Shown: positions 52,401 to 64,000 of the stretch, piece after piece
Position numbering within the stretch: position 1 is the first letter of the stretch
Layout: the number at the start of each line of letters is the position of its first letter
DNA from: Tubulanus polymorphus
Lineage: Eukaryota; Animalia; Nemertea
NCBI RefSeq assembly: GCF_964204645.1
Contig: NC_134036.1
Coordinates: 5,238,600 to 5,302,599, forward strand
Reading direction: 5' to 3'
DNA: 64,000 bases
Program-made: the position numbers and the translations under genes
Notes under the pieces: generated by a model
Told to the model about the DNA's origin: nothing
Database searches by the model: none
Seen by the model: only the letters and a program-made list of their open reading frames with translations

Positions 52401-53934
52401 AAAAAGCCTAATTGAAGGCAATAACTAACTTCATAGATTAATTGATGGCAATAACTAATTTCAAGATTCCAAGCCTAAACAAAGAGCTTAATTGAAGACA
52501 ATTACTAATTTCAAAGATTCAAACCCATACAATCAGTTTAATTGGAGACAATAAATAATTACATACATTCATAGCACAAAAATGAGTTTAATTTGAGTTT
52601 GAATTAAGGCAATAACTAATTTCATAGATTCAAAGCCTAAACAATGAGTTTAATTGAAGGCAATAACTAATTTCAAACATTTTAAGCCTAAACACTGAGT
52701 TTAATTGAAGAAAATTACTAATTTCAAAGATTAAAAGCCCAAACAATGAGTTTGATTGAAGACAATAACTTATTTCATAAATTCAACAACAAAAGAATGC
52801 GTTACATTGAAGACAATAACAAAATTCAAAAGATTCAAAGCCTAAACAATTAGTGTAATTGAAGACAATAACTAATTTCATAGATTCAAAGCCTAAACAA
52901 AGAGTTTAATTGAAGGCAATAACTTATTTCAAACATTTTAAGCATGAACAATGAGTTTAATTGAAGACAATTACTAATTTCAAACATTTAAGCCTAAACA
53001 ATGAGTTTAAATTGAAAACAATAACTAATTCAAAAGATTCAAAGCCTAAACAATTAGTGAAATTGGAGAAAACAACTAATTTCATAGATTCCAAGCCTCA
53101 GCAATGAGTTTAATTGAAGACAATAACTAATTTCACACATTTTAAGCATAAACAGTGAGTTTAATTGAAGACGATAACTAATTTCAAAGATTCAAAGCCC
53201 AAACAATGAGTTTAATTGAAGAAAATGATTAATTTCAATGGGTCAAAGCCTAAACAATAAGTTAAGATAAAGACAATAAATGATTACATAGATTGCAAGC
53301 CTAAACAATGGGTTTAATTGAAAACAAAAACTAATTTTATAGATGAATTGAAGGAAAAAACTAATTTCAAAGATTCCAAGCCTAAACAATAAGCTTAATT
53401 GAAGACAATAACTTATTTCATAGATTGCAAGCCTAAACAATGGGTTCAATTCAAACATTCTAATTTAAGCCAAAACAACGAGTTAATTAAATACAATACC
53501 TAATTTCAAAGTCTCAAAGCCTAAACAATGAGTTTAATTGAAGAAAATAACTTATTTTATAAATTCAAAGCCAAAACAATGAAGACAATAACTCATTTCA
53601 AAGATTCCAAGCCTAAACAAAAAGCTTAATTGAAGGCAATAAGTAACTTCATAGATTAATTGATGGCAATAACTACTTTCAAAGATTCCAAGCCTAAACA
53701 AAGAGCTTAATTGAAGACAATTACTAATTTCAAAGATTCAAAGCCCGAACAATGAGTTTAATTTGAGACAATAACTAATTATATAGATTCATCGCACGAA
53801 AATGAGTTTAATTTGAGTTTGAATTAAGGCAATAACTAATTTCAAATATTTTAAGCCTAAACAATGAGTTTAATTGAAGAAAATAACTAATTTCAAAGAT
53901 TAAAAGCCCAAACAATGAGTTTGATTGAAGCCAA
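40413..53934. repeat. Tandem duplication of a 6,760-bp unit (40413-47172 / 47173-53934)
   Basis: Constant 6,760 offset of identical ORFs (41376/48136, 42474/49234, 44444/51204, 45264/52024, 46483/53243). Junction GAAGCC-AA-AATTTTCTTTCTCC. Confidence 0.95.
42400..47172. repeat. 51-bp AT-rich satellite, block 1, with higher-order structure
   Basis: Consensus AAAGATTCAAAGCCTAAACAATGAGTTTAATTGAAGACAATAACTAATTTC; GCCTAA at 42975 and 43026. Confidence 0.95.
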
Positions 53935-55880
53935 TAACGTATTTCATAAATTCAACAAACATTAAGCATAGACAATGAGTTTAATTGAAGACGATAATTA
54001 ATCTCAAAGATTCAAAGCCCAAACAATGAGTTTAATTGAAGAAAAAGATTAATTTCAAAGGGTCAAAGCCTAAACAATAAGTTAAATTCAAGACAATAAA
54101 TTATTACATAGATTGCAAGCCTAAACAATGGGTTTAATTGAAAACAAAAACTAATTTTATAGATGAATTGAAGACAATTACTAATTTCAAAGATTCCAAG
54201 CCTAAACAATAAGCTTAATTGAAGACAATAACTTATTTCATAGATTACAAGCCTAAACAATGGGTTCAATTCAAACATTCTAATCTAAGCCAAAACAACG
54301 AGTTTAATTAAACACAATAACTAATTACAAAGCCTCAAAGCCTAAACAATGAGTTTAATTGAAGAAAATAACTTATTTCATAAATTCAAAGCCAAAACAA
54401 TGAAAAGAATAACTTCTTTCAAAGATTCCAAGCCTAAACAAAAAGCCTAATTGAAGGCAATAACTAACTTCATAGATTAATTGATGGCAATAACTAATTT
54501 CAAGATTCCAAGCCTAAACAAAGAGCTTAATTGAAGACAATTACTAATTTCAAAGATTCAAACCCATACAATGAGTTTAATTGGAGACAATAAATAATTA
54601 CATACATTCATAGCACAAAAATGAGTTTAATTTGAGTTTGAATTAAGGCAATAACTAATTTCATAGATTCAAAGCCTAAACAATGAGTTTAATTGAAGGC
54701 AATAACTAATTTCAACCATTTTAAGCCTAAACAATGAGTTGAATCGAAGACAATAACTGATTCAAAAGATTCAAAGCCTAAACAATTGGTGAAATTGAAG
54801 AAAACAACTAATTTCATAGATTCCAAGCCCCAGCAATGAGTTTAATTGAAGACAATAACTAATTTTAAACATTTTTAGCATAAACAATGAGTTTAATTGA
54901 AGACGATAACTAATTTCAAAGCTTCAAAGCCCAAACAATGAGTTTAATTGAAGAAAATGATTAATTTCAAAGGGTCAAAGCCTAAACAATAAGTTAAAAT
55001 AAAGACAATAAATTATTAAATAGAATGCAAGCCTAAACAAAGGGTTTAATTGAAAACAAAAACTAATTTTATAGATGAATTGAAGGAAAAAACTAATTTC
55101 AAAGATTCCAAGCCTAAACAATAAGCTTAATTGAAGACAATAACTTATTTCATGGATTGCAAGCCTAAACAATGGATTCAATTCAAACATTCTAATTTAA
55201 GCCAAAACAACGAGTTTAATTTAATACAATAACTAATTTCAAAGCCTCAAAGCCTAAACAATGAGTTTAATTGAAGAAAATAACTTATTTTATAAATTCA
55301 AAGCCAAAACAATGAAGACAATAACTCATTTCAAAGATTCCAAGCCCAAACAAAAAGCTTAATTGATGGCAATAACTAATTTCAAAGATTCCAAGCCTAA
55401 ACAAAGAGCTTAATTGAAGACAATTACTAATTTCAAAGATTCAAAGCCCGAACAATGAGTTTAATTCGAGAGACAATAACTAATTATATAGATTCATAGC
55501 ACAAAAATGAGTTTAATTTGAGTTTGAATTAAGACAATAACTTATTTCAAATATTTTTAGCCTAAACAATGAGTTTAATTGAAGAAAATAACTAATTTCA
55601 AAGATTAAAAGCCCAAACAATGAGTTTGATTGAAGCCAATAACTTATTTCATAAATTCAACAACAAAAGAATGCGTTACATTGAAGACAATAACTAATTT
55701 CAAACATTTTAGCATAAAAAATGAGTTCAATTGAAGACAATAACTAATTTCAAAGATTCAAAGCCAAGAACAATGAGTTTAATTGAAGACGATAACTAAT
55801 TTCAAAGATTCAAAGCCTAAACAACAAGTTCAATTGAATAATTTACTAATTTAATAGATTCAAAGCCCAGACAATGAGTT
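49160..55880. repeat. 51-bp satellite, block 2
   Basis: Same monomer. The marker GGGTCAAAGCCTAAAC recurs about every 0.8-1.2 kb, with a 2,039-bp super-period. Confidence 0.95.
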
Positions 55881-57084
55881 CTAATGCAACCGAAACAAGA
55901 AAAATAATTCATTACGATGTAATCTAACGATGTAAGTAAGGATTCAGTCTACTTCATGTAAATTCATCATTACTGGACTCATTAACCTAACTGAATGTTT
56001 TCTAAATAACAAAACAAGAAAATTCCAACTTACAGATTTATTTGTGTTTGTTTTTGAGCATATTCTCGGTTTATCTTTTCCTCGTGGAGAGAAGTGACAT
56101 CCAAGCTACTGTAGTCAGCTCACAGGAGTCATCTATTGGGCGAGGTTGGTTTGATTAACATGGATTGGATATCAGGTCATGATGAGGCGAAAAAGAACCG
56201 GTACTAACAAATATTGGTTCAAGAAACTGGAAGCAGCGCAGTGACCCACCTGAAAAAAGTGATAACAACCATTTAACATCACAATCAAATCGACTAAACC
56301 AGAGGCTATCTATATTTCAAGTAGAAATGCTAATCACATACGTAACCTCAAGCCTGACCTAACTTAAATATCACATATAAAAAATGGGGCTTCAATGTTT
56401 ACTCACCAATTCGTGTTTATAACTAAAGCATAGCAAATCTTGATGATGGGCTCAAGCATCGTTAGAATTCCTGTAGAAGCTACTATACTGTCGATGTTTT
56501 AGTTTAGTCAGCGCGTATTGGCAGCAATTAGGTATGTATGAGTTGAATGCTGAATGACACCATCTGAAAATAAAAACCATTAAAACATTAGTTCAACCTA
56601 TTAGCAAGAGATAGTCTTCAGCTAGAAATGGGTTCAATTCGAATCGATGTATTACTGATTATTCCTTTCAATCACCGAGGACAATGTGTTACCGTATAAA
56701 CCGGTCTATTCTTTGACCATTTTCAACGGACAGTGACAATTCGGGTCACAGCCGTACTACAGTTTGATAATATCTATCTGACCTTGAAAGCGTTTTATAC
56801 TTCAAAATTGTACAGTATGGTATAGATATAACAGATGTTTTTACCACTCCCAGTAAAATAGGATATCAATCTCGTCGGCATCTCCTAATTTGAAATTCCT
56901 TTTAGTCGAGTTATGACTTGAACACAAATATCAAAACCGTTTCGATAGAATATCAATTTCATTTTCATTTTGTAAAACACCGAATATGCTCACGTAACGG
57001 TTTGTACCTCAACCATAGGGCTTGTGGGCGAGACAAAAATTGATAATAGATATTTTACACCCACTGAAACAGATGAATTCATTA

Positions 57085-57620
57085 ATTTAACACCTTTCAG
57101 GTTTCCTTAGTATTTCAACAAAACTTAGATCTCTGCAATAAGGCATTTGGTGTTACCCAACAAATATCTATCAACCTTTAAACACCCAATAGGTTTCCCT
57201 AGTAGTTTTTTGAGTGGTATTTCTCCGCATTAGTGACAACGGCTTCCCTGACACTTAAACAAACCTTATACCCTAGCAATAAAACATTGATTTCACCAGA
57301 AAAATCGAAACCCTACAACTGCAGGCTTCCTCAGTAGTTTTGCAAACCTAACTACCCTGCATAGTATTACCCAACACACATTGTAAACTTTTCAACACCC
57401 CTAGTAATTTAACAATACCAAGATACCTGCAATGAGGTATCGGTATTAGCCCCAAAAAATTATTTATCAACTTACAACACCTCATAGCAAACCCTGGTAG
57501 TTTTACAAATCGTGTATCTCTGCAATGAGGCATTCGCGTTTAAGATCAAACTTCCAACACCTTTTAGGCTTCCATAGTAATTTAACAAATCGTGTATTAC
57601 TGCTATAGGGCATTATTGGG
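57085..57620. repeat. Degenerate tandem repeat (about 80-95 bp) in the palindrome spacer
   Basis: Recurring CTGCAATRAGGYAT (about 57134, 57427, 57520, variant at 57600) and AGGYTTCC..AGTA motifs. Confidence 0.55.
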
Positions 57621-58169
57621 TCCCACTATTGGTGTTGATCGGATTGGAAGTCTAATCTGGCGAACTCCTTCTTAATGGACGGCCTCTTTCTGCGTCTCTT
57701 AAGCCAACATCTTTTGGAGAGCTGGTGGGACGATTGTCTACTGGAACTGGGACCGAATTTAAAATTTCGAGTCGAACTCAAATGTTATCTGCCGGAACTG
57801 CCGACTCGAGAGGTCCGAGTTTCCGGAAAAATAAACACGTCTCTTACCTGTTTTTACATTAGCTTTACCGAGGACCGGTGAGAGATTCGTCAACACTCGT
57901 CTGTAACCTCGTCTACTTCCGCGAGAACGTTCTCCACAGTCGCGCTATTCGGAACAAATCTTACGTTACCGTGACCTTGAATTGCGAACGACCTTCACAG
58001 TCGCATGATTCGTTTGTATTTACGTTACCGTGACCTCCTTGACTTGCATACCATACGCATGGCCACAAATGCCAGAAAGCTTAGTATAGTCGAGGATCGG
58101 TGGCCGAGTGGTTTGCGCTGTTGACCGCTGCACTAATGCAAGTCATTTTTAGACTTTAAATGCGTGATA

Positions 58170-61100
58170 TTTTGATATTTGTGTTCAAGTCATAATTCGA
58201 CTAAATGGAATTTCAAATTAGGAGATGCCGACGATATTGATATCTCATTTTACTGGGAGTGGTAAAAATATCTGTTATATCTATACCATACTGTAGAATT
58301 TTGAAGTATAAAACGCTTTCGAGGTCAGATAGATATTATCAAACTGTAGTACGGCGGTGACCCGCATTGTCACTGTCCGTTGAAAATGGTCAAAGCATAG
58401 ACCGGTTTATACGGTAACACATTGTCCTCGGTGTTTGAAAGGAATAATCAATAATACATCGATTCGAATTGAACCCATTTCTAGTTGAAGACTAACTCTT
58501 GCTAATAGGTTGAACTAATGTTTTAATGGTTTTTATTTTCAGATGGTGTCATTCAGCATTCAACTCATACATACCTAATTGCTGCCAATACGCGCTGACT
58601 AAACTAAAACATCGACAGTATAGTAGCTTCTACAGGAATTCTAACGATGCTTGAGCCCATCATCAAGGTTTGCTATGCTTTAGTTATAAACACAAATTGG
58701 TGAGTAAAAATTGAAGCCCCTTTTTTATATATGTGATTTAAGATAGGTCAGGCTTGAGGTTACGTATGTGATTAGCATTTCTACTTGAAATGTGAATAGC
58801 CTCTGGTTTAGTCGATTTGATTGTGATGTTAAATGGTTGTTATCACTATTTTCAGGTGGGCACCTTTTCAGTTGGGCCACTGCACTGCTGCCAGTTTGTT
58901 GAACCAACATTTGGTAGATTCCAGATCTTTTTCGCCTCATCAGGACCTGATATCCAATCAATGTTAATTAAACCAACCTGGCCCAATAGATGACTCCTGT
59001 GAGCTGACTACAGTAGCTTGGATGTCACTTCTCTCCACGAGGAAAAGATAAACCAAGAATATGCTCAAAACAAACACAAATAAATCTGTAAGTTGGAATT
59101 CCAATTTTGTTGTTATTTAGGAAACATTCAGTTAGGTTAATGAGTCCAGTAAAGGTGAATTTACTTAAAGTAGACTGAATCCTTATTCAGAAAGTTAGAT
59201 TACATCGTAATGAACCTGATGTTCAGGCTTTGAATCTTTTGAATTAGTTATTGTCTTCAATTTAACTAATTCTTTTGGCTTTGAATTAATGAAATAAGTT
59301 ATTGTCTTCAATTAAACTCATTGTTTGGGCTTTGAATCTTTGAAATTAGTTATCGTCTTCAATTAAACTCATTGTTTAGGCTTAAAATGTTTGAAATTAG
59401 TTATTGTCATCAATAAAAGTCATTTTTTATGCCTAAAATGTTTGAAATTAGTTATTGCCTTCGATTAAACTCCTTGTTTAGGCTTTGAATGTATGAAATT
59501 AGTTATTGTCTTCAATTACACTAATTGTTCAGGCTTTGAATCTTTTGAATTAGTTATTGTCTTCAATTTAAATCATTCTTTTGTTTTTGAATTTATAAAA
59601 TAAGTTATTGTCTTTAATTAAACTCATTTTTGGGCTTTGAATCCTTGAAATTAGTTATTTCCTTCAATTAAACTCATTGTTTAGGCTTAAAATGTTTGAA
59701 ATTAGTTATTGCCTTCAATTAAACTCTTTGATTAGGCTTTGAATCTATGAAATTAGTCATTGTCTTTAACTAAACTCATTATTTAGGCTTTGAATCTATG
59801 AAATAAGTTATTGCTTTAATTCAAACTCAAATTAAACTCATTTTGTCCTATGAATCTATTTAATTAGTTATTGTCTTCAATTAAACTTATTGCATGGGCT
59901 TTGAATCTTTGAAATTAGTAATTGTCTTCAATTAAGCTCTTTGTTTAGGCTTGGAATCCTTGAAATTAGTTATTGCCATCAATGAATGTATGAAGTAAGT
60001 TATTGCCTTCTATTAAGCTCTTTGTTTAGGCTTGGAATCTTTGAAATGAGTCATTGTCTTCATTGTTTTGGCTTTGAATTTAAAAAATATGTTAGTTTCT
60101 TCAATTAAACTCATTGTTAAGGCTTTGAGGCTTTGGAATTAGTTATTGTGTTCAATTAAGCTCATCGTTTAGGCTTTGCATCTTTGAAATTAGATATTGT
60201 GTTTAATTAAACTCGTTGTTTTGGCTTAAAATGTTTGGAATTAGTTTAATTAAGCCCATTGTTTAGGCTTGCAATTTATGAAATAAGTTATTGTCTTCAA
60301 TTAAGCTTATTTTTTCGCTTGGAATCTTTGAAATTAGTTTTTTTCTTCTTAGACCCTTTGAAATTAATCATTTCCTTCAATTAAACTCATTGTCTGTGCT
60401 TTGAACCTTTGAAATTAGTATTAATTTGAACTCAAATTTATTATTTATTATTCATAATTTAAAATTAGCTCTTGTGTTAAATTTGATTTATTTTTTGGTT
60501 TTTTGTAATTAGTTAGAATACGATAATCCTAATAATGTGCCGCTATTCAAAATTTGTTCATAAGGAATTCATGGGGATAAAAAAACGGGCGTAAATTTCG
60601 AAACGACTGTATAAAATATTCCGTAGTTATCAGTAAGTAATTGAAGCTCTGGTCTTATATTAGCCGAAATTTCAATTTCACATTAAAACCACTTTGCTGC
60701 TGGAATAATTGGGACTCGAACCCAAATTATCTTGTATCATGCATCATGTCGTTATGGCGCCTACTCGTCAATCTAACTGCTGTATTCCATTGCTTTTCAA
60801 TATTTCGGCTTAGTGAAAAAGAAATCTAAGGTCTAGTTGCATTATTTGCCGAAATCCTAGTTTCATTATTTGTCGAAATTTACATTACACCATAAAACCT
60901 CTGAACCACTGGAATAATCGGGACTCGAACCCAATGGCGTCGATATCAACTCGTCAATCTAAACTGTTGTATGTATTGATCTTGAAAGAGTTCTATCCAA
61001 GTTCGTTTTAGTTTCGGTTCGTTGATTTGACATTGTCCTACCTTAAAAACTCCTTCAAAATGGAAATGCTTTTGAAGGTGCTGAAAATTACTTTGATTTC

Positions 61101-64000
61101 AGCAAAGTGTTTAAAAGGATGTAATAGGTAAGCACAGTAAACAATCCGGAAAAAACCAATCTACCAACTTTCCAAATTCCAAAACATTTTTGACTTGAGC
61201 CACAACTGTTAAACTGTGCCCTGCCTACTGCAAAGTTTGATTGTCACTGGCACCGTTTAGATGTATGTAAATACAATTGTAATTTTGTTTTCCTTTGTTT
61301 TGAATTTCATAATCCATGGTGGACTCGATCCTGTTTATCTTCGACATCTTGGATATTTCATCGATTTCGCCTCCACACGGAACTTTGAAACGGCGAATTC
61401 TAAGCGCGAATTCACCAGCAGTTTCACGCTAAACGACCTATCATGACATAACATTCACGGAGCACTCAGTGAACAAAGGAATGCATCATAGCGTTAAAAA
61501 CTCTATCTCGAGGATTCACCATACCATCGACTTAAATAGTTTCGCGACGCTGTCAACAGATTAAATGAAAAATGTGTTTGGACTATGAACTAAAACCTAA
61601 AAGCATTAATGGATTTACAACAACATTGGAAGATTTTCGGCACCTAATTCGGATTCAGTCAAACAGCCAGGTGAATATATTCTTCTCCTTATTGTATTGA
61701 ATGTGTTAACATTGGACCTTCATCATAGCTTATTTGATAATACTGTATTTGATTACCTGTAGCCAGATACCAGTTTTGGTCGATCACCTATTCGATCTAT
61801 TAATTTGACGCATTAGCGTTTCTAGTCGTTAGTATTTCACTGTGTCGTGGTTCCGGGCTATCCCAAAATTAATCATTTCAAAAATAGAATGCGATTGTCG
61901 AGAAATATGATGAAGGTTCTCACTCACCCCTCTCTTGTCTCTCTCCCTCGCTTTTCCTCTTCCTCTCTCTCTCTGCCTCCATTGTTTATGCAAATTAGCT
62001 CTTCTTCTCCATTGTACGTTTGGTCAATGCCAAATATTTCATCAAAATTAGTGACAAAAATTAGGGGTCAAAACATGAAATCCTGAATATTTCATTTTAG
62101 GGGCTTTTTGATCCAGAAACTAACTTGATATTCGTGATCAGCACCCCAAAAAACATATCTGTACCAAATTTCATTCAAATAGAGTGAAAAAATTTTTGAC
62201 TTTGTACCCCATTTTTGGGGTGCATTTTTTGGCCAATTAAACCCTAATTTGGCCATGAAGATGAACTCCGATTTAAAATCCGATTGCAGATCCGGATTCT
62301 ACACGCCAAAATACATCTTCCTGCCAAGCTTCGAAGGAATCAGAGAAAAAAAACTTTTCGCCGAAAAAAAACTCCTGGACCTGGACCTTAGATTTTTGCC
62401 ATTTTTGGCCAAAAAATCGAATCTCTTCGATATGCTTGAAATTTTAGCCCTTACTATTTTTAGGGGTACTGATTCTAAATATGCAATCAGATTTTGAATA
62501 TCTAAAAAACTCTGGGGTCCAAGGCCTTTTGAAAATTTAGGGGTCCCCCTAAAAATTCAAATTTCTCATTTTTGGGGCCCTGGATCCGAAAAATTCTTTC
62601 GGATTTGTGATTAGCACATCAAAATACATGTCTACACTGAATTTCATCGAAATCGGAGATAAAAAATATTTGACCCTTAACCCACATTTTAGGGGTTACC
62701 TAAGATTGCCATTTCTCTGATACACCGGTAACTAGACTTAACTCTTACTGTGTATGTTTGATAGGTGGCCTCAAATCATTCTATTAAGTTTCATGTATAT
62801 TTTTAGGACGTTCGTACACGGTGGAACTATTGACGTTTGTTTGTGTTTGTTGATCAGGACTACATCAGATGAACTGGATAAATATGTGTGGGCAGAGAGG
62901 ATAAACAAACGAACGAACTCGACTTCAGTTACAGTGAAATCTTATGTCCACGAGGACTAAATATGTGACGTTGCTGCTGATACGTTGCTGCTGATGAATA
63001 CGTGTTTGAACTGAAAACTGAAAAATGTAAAACTGCTCCCGGCATGTAGAATCTGACGGATAGAAAACAACAAGGAACATAGAAGTTTAGGTGATATGCC
63101 ATCCTATCCTATCTCTCTCTCTATCTCATTGTCTTCTTTCTTCTCACTCTCTCTCATTCTCCCGCTCCCTCTCTCATCCTCTCGCATTCTCGTTCTCCTC
63201 TCCCCCTCTCTCATTTTCCTTCCACTCTCATTCTCCTCTCATCCCTCTCTCATCCTCCCCGCTCTCATCCTCCCCGCTCTCTGTCTGTCTCGTTCTCCTT
63301 CTCTTTTCTCATTCTCCTCCCTTCTCTTATTCTCCTCACTCTCTGTCTCGCTCACTTCCAGATTGTTTCCATCTACCGGGTTGAGATAGGAAATAGTTCC
63401 TGTCTCTCCCGGTAGATGGCATTATTTTTTTGATAAAATGTGCTTAAGCAATGGATAAATATGACTTCCCCTGCAGGTTGTATACGTGCCGCTATAGCGT
63501 AGTTGGTAGGGTGCTGGGCTGCTAGCCGAATGGTTGGTGGTTCAAATCCCATAATTTTATTGATGATTCAATAAAATGTTGAATTTTACTTTTGCAAACA
63601 AGCTGTAAGAAATTCCTACTTTGAATTTGGAATAAATTTAATTTGGAATAATTTGTACTTTGCGTTTGTCCTTTCCGTTTTGACTTTGTCCTTTCCTTGA
63701 ACGTGAGAAGTTGCGGAAGAGTTCTTTTCCGAGCGAGTCCTTTCCGAGGCCGAGTGGAATAGTTGTCTTTCTGGGGTAGAGTGTGAAGTTGTGAGGGGGA
63801 AGAGTCCTTTCCGGGGCAAAGTGCCCGAGACAAAGATTTTTAGTAGAGACGAGCATTTTATGTAGATGTACGTTTATTTATTTACGTTACTTTATAACAT
63901 GCGGCAAAACGAATTAACGGAGGTCTGCGTCTCGAGGTTGGAAGATGGTGCTGTAGTCGGAGTAGAGTCTGCGTCTCGAGGTTTTTAAGATGTTTCTGTG
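58170..64000 (-). repeat. Right arm of giant inverted repeat (continues beyond the window)
   Basis: Base 64000 maps to about 38887 and 58170 maps to about 56937. Scattered substitutions and small indels separate the arms. Confidence 0.93.
59215..60420. repeat. 51-bp satellite, inverted short block in the right arm
   Basis: Reverse complement monomers GAAATTAGTTATTGTCTTCAATTAAACTCATTGTTTAGGCTTTGAATC. Confidence 0.93.

Larger units (their letters stand above)
38887..56937 (+). repeat. Left arm of giant inverted repeat (outer end undetermined)
   Basis: Reverse complement of 58170-64000. Spurious ORFs recur mirrored: 39057+/63522-, 40273-/62249+, 41376-/61261+. Confidence 0.93.

Noticed and set aside
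42474-55190. Repeated 71-aa ORFs (MFELNPLFRL...)
   Set aside because: Chance open frames of a 51-bp (17-codon) satellite.
63487-63551. Functional tRNA-Ser(GCT) gene
   Set aside because: No 3' acceptor stem, a broken anticodon stem and no long variable arm.
38887-64000. Autonomous Polinton/Maverick or other coding transposon
   Set aside because: No ORF longer than about 100 aa, and no transposase, integrase or polymerase motifs.

Overview
AT-rich eukaryotic (invertebrate-like) DNA in three parts. (1) 1-24.6 kb: a head-to-tail minus-strand array of three paralogous, very large LGR/GRL101-like GPCR genes. Each has three coding exons joined by phase-0 introns, giving about 1,940 aa: signal peptide, several CUB/CUB-like domains, a C-type lectin plus a lectin-like domain, about 6-7 LDLa repeats, about 8 LRRs, a hinge and a rhodopsin-type 7TM. 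Copy 1 runs off the window start. The ORF track splits each gene into separate ORFs, which are exons. (2) 24.7-38.7 kb: non-coding DNA with an old duplicated upstream block (a fourth 'promoter' with no CDS), small MITE-like palindromes and a tRNA-derived SINE-like element. (3) about 38.7-64 kb: a giant imperfect inverted repeat (arms <=38.9-56.9 kb and 58.2->64 kb, 1.2-kb spacer) with no protein gene. It carries a 51-bp satellite that is strongly expanded in the left arm and an apparently exact 6,760-bp tandem duplication. All splice models and identities were read by eye, and no searches were run.
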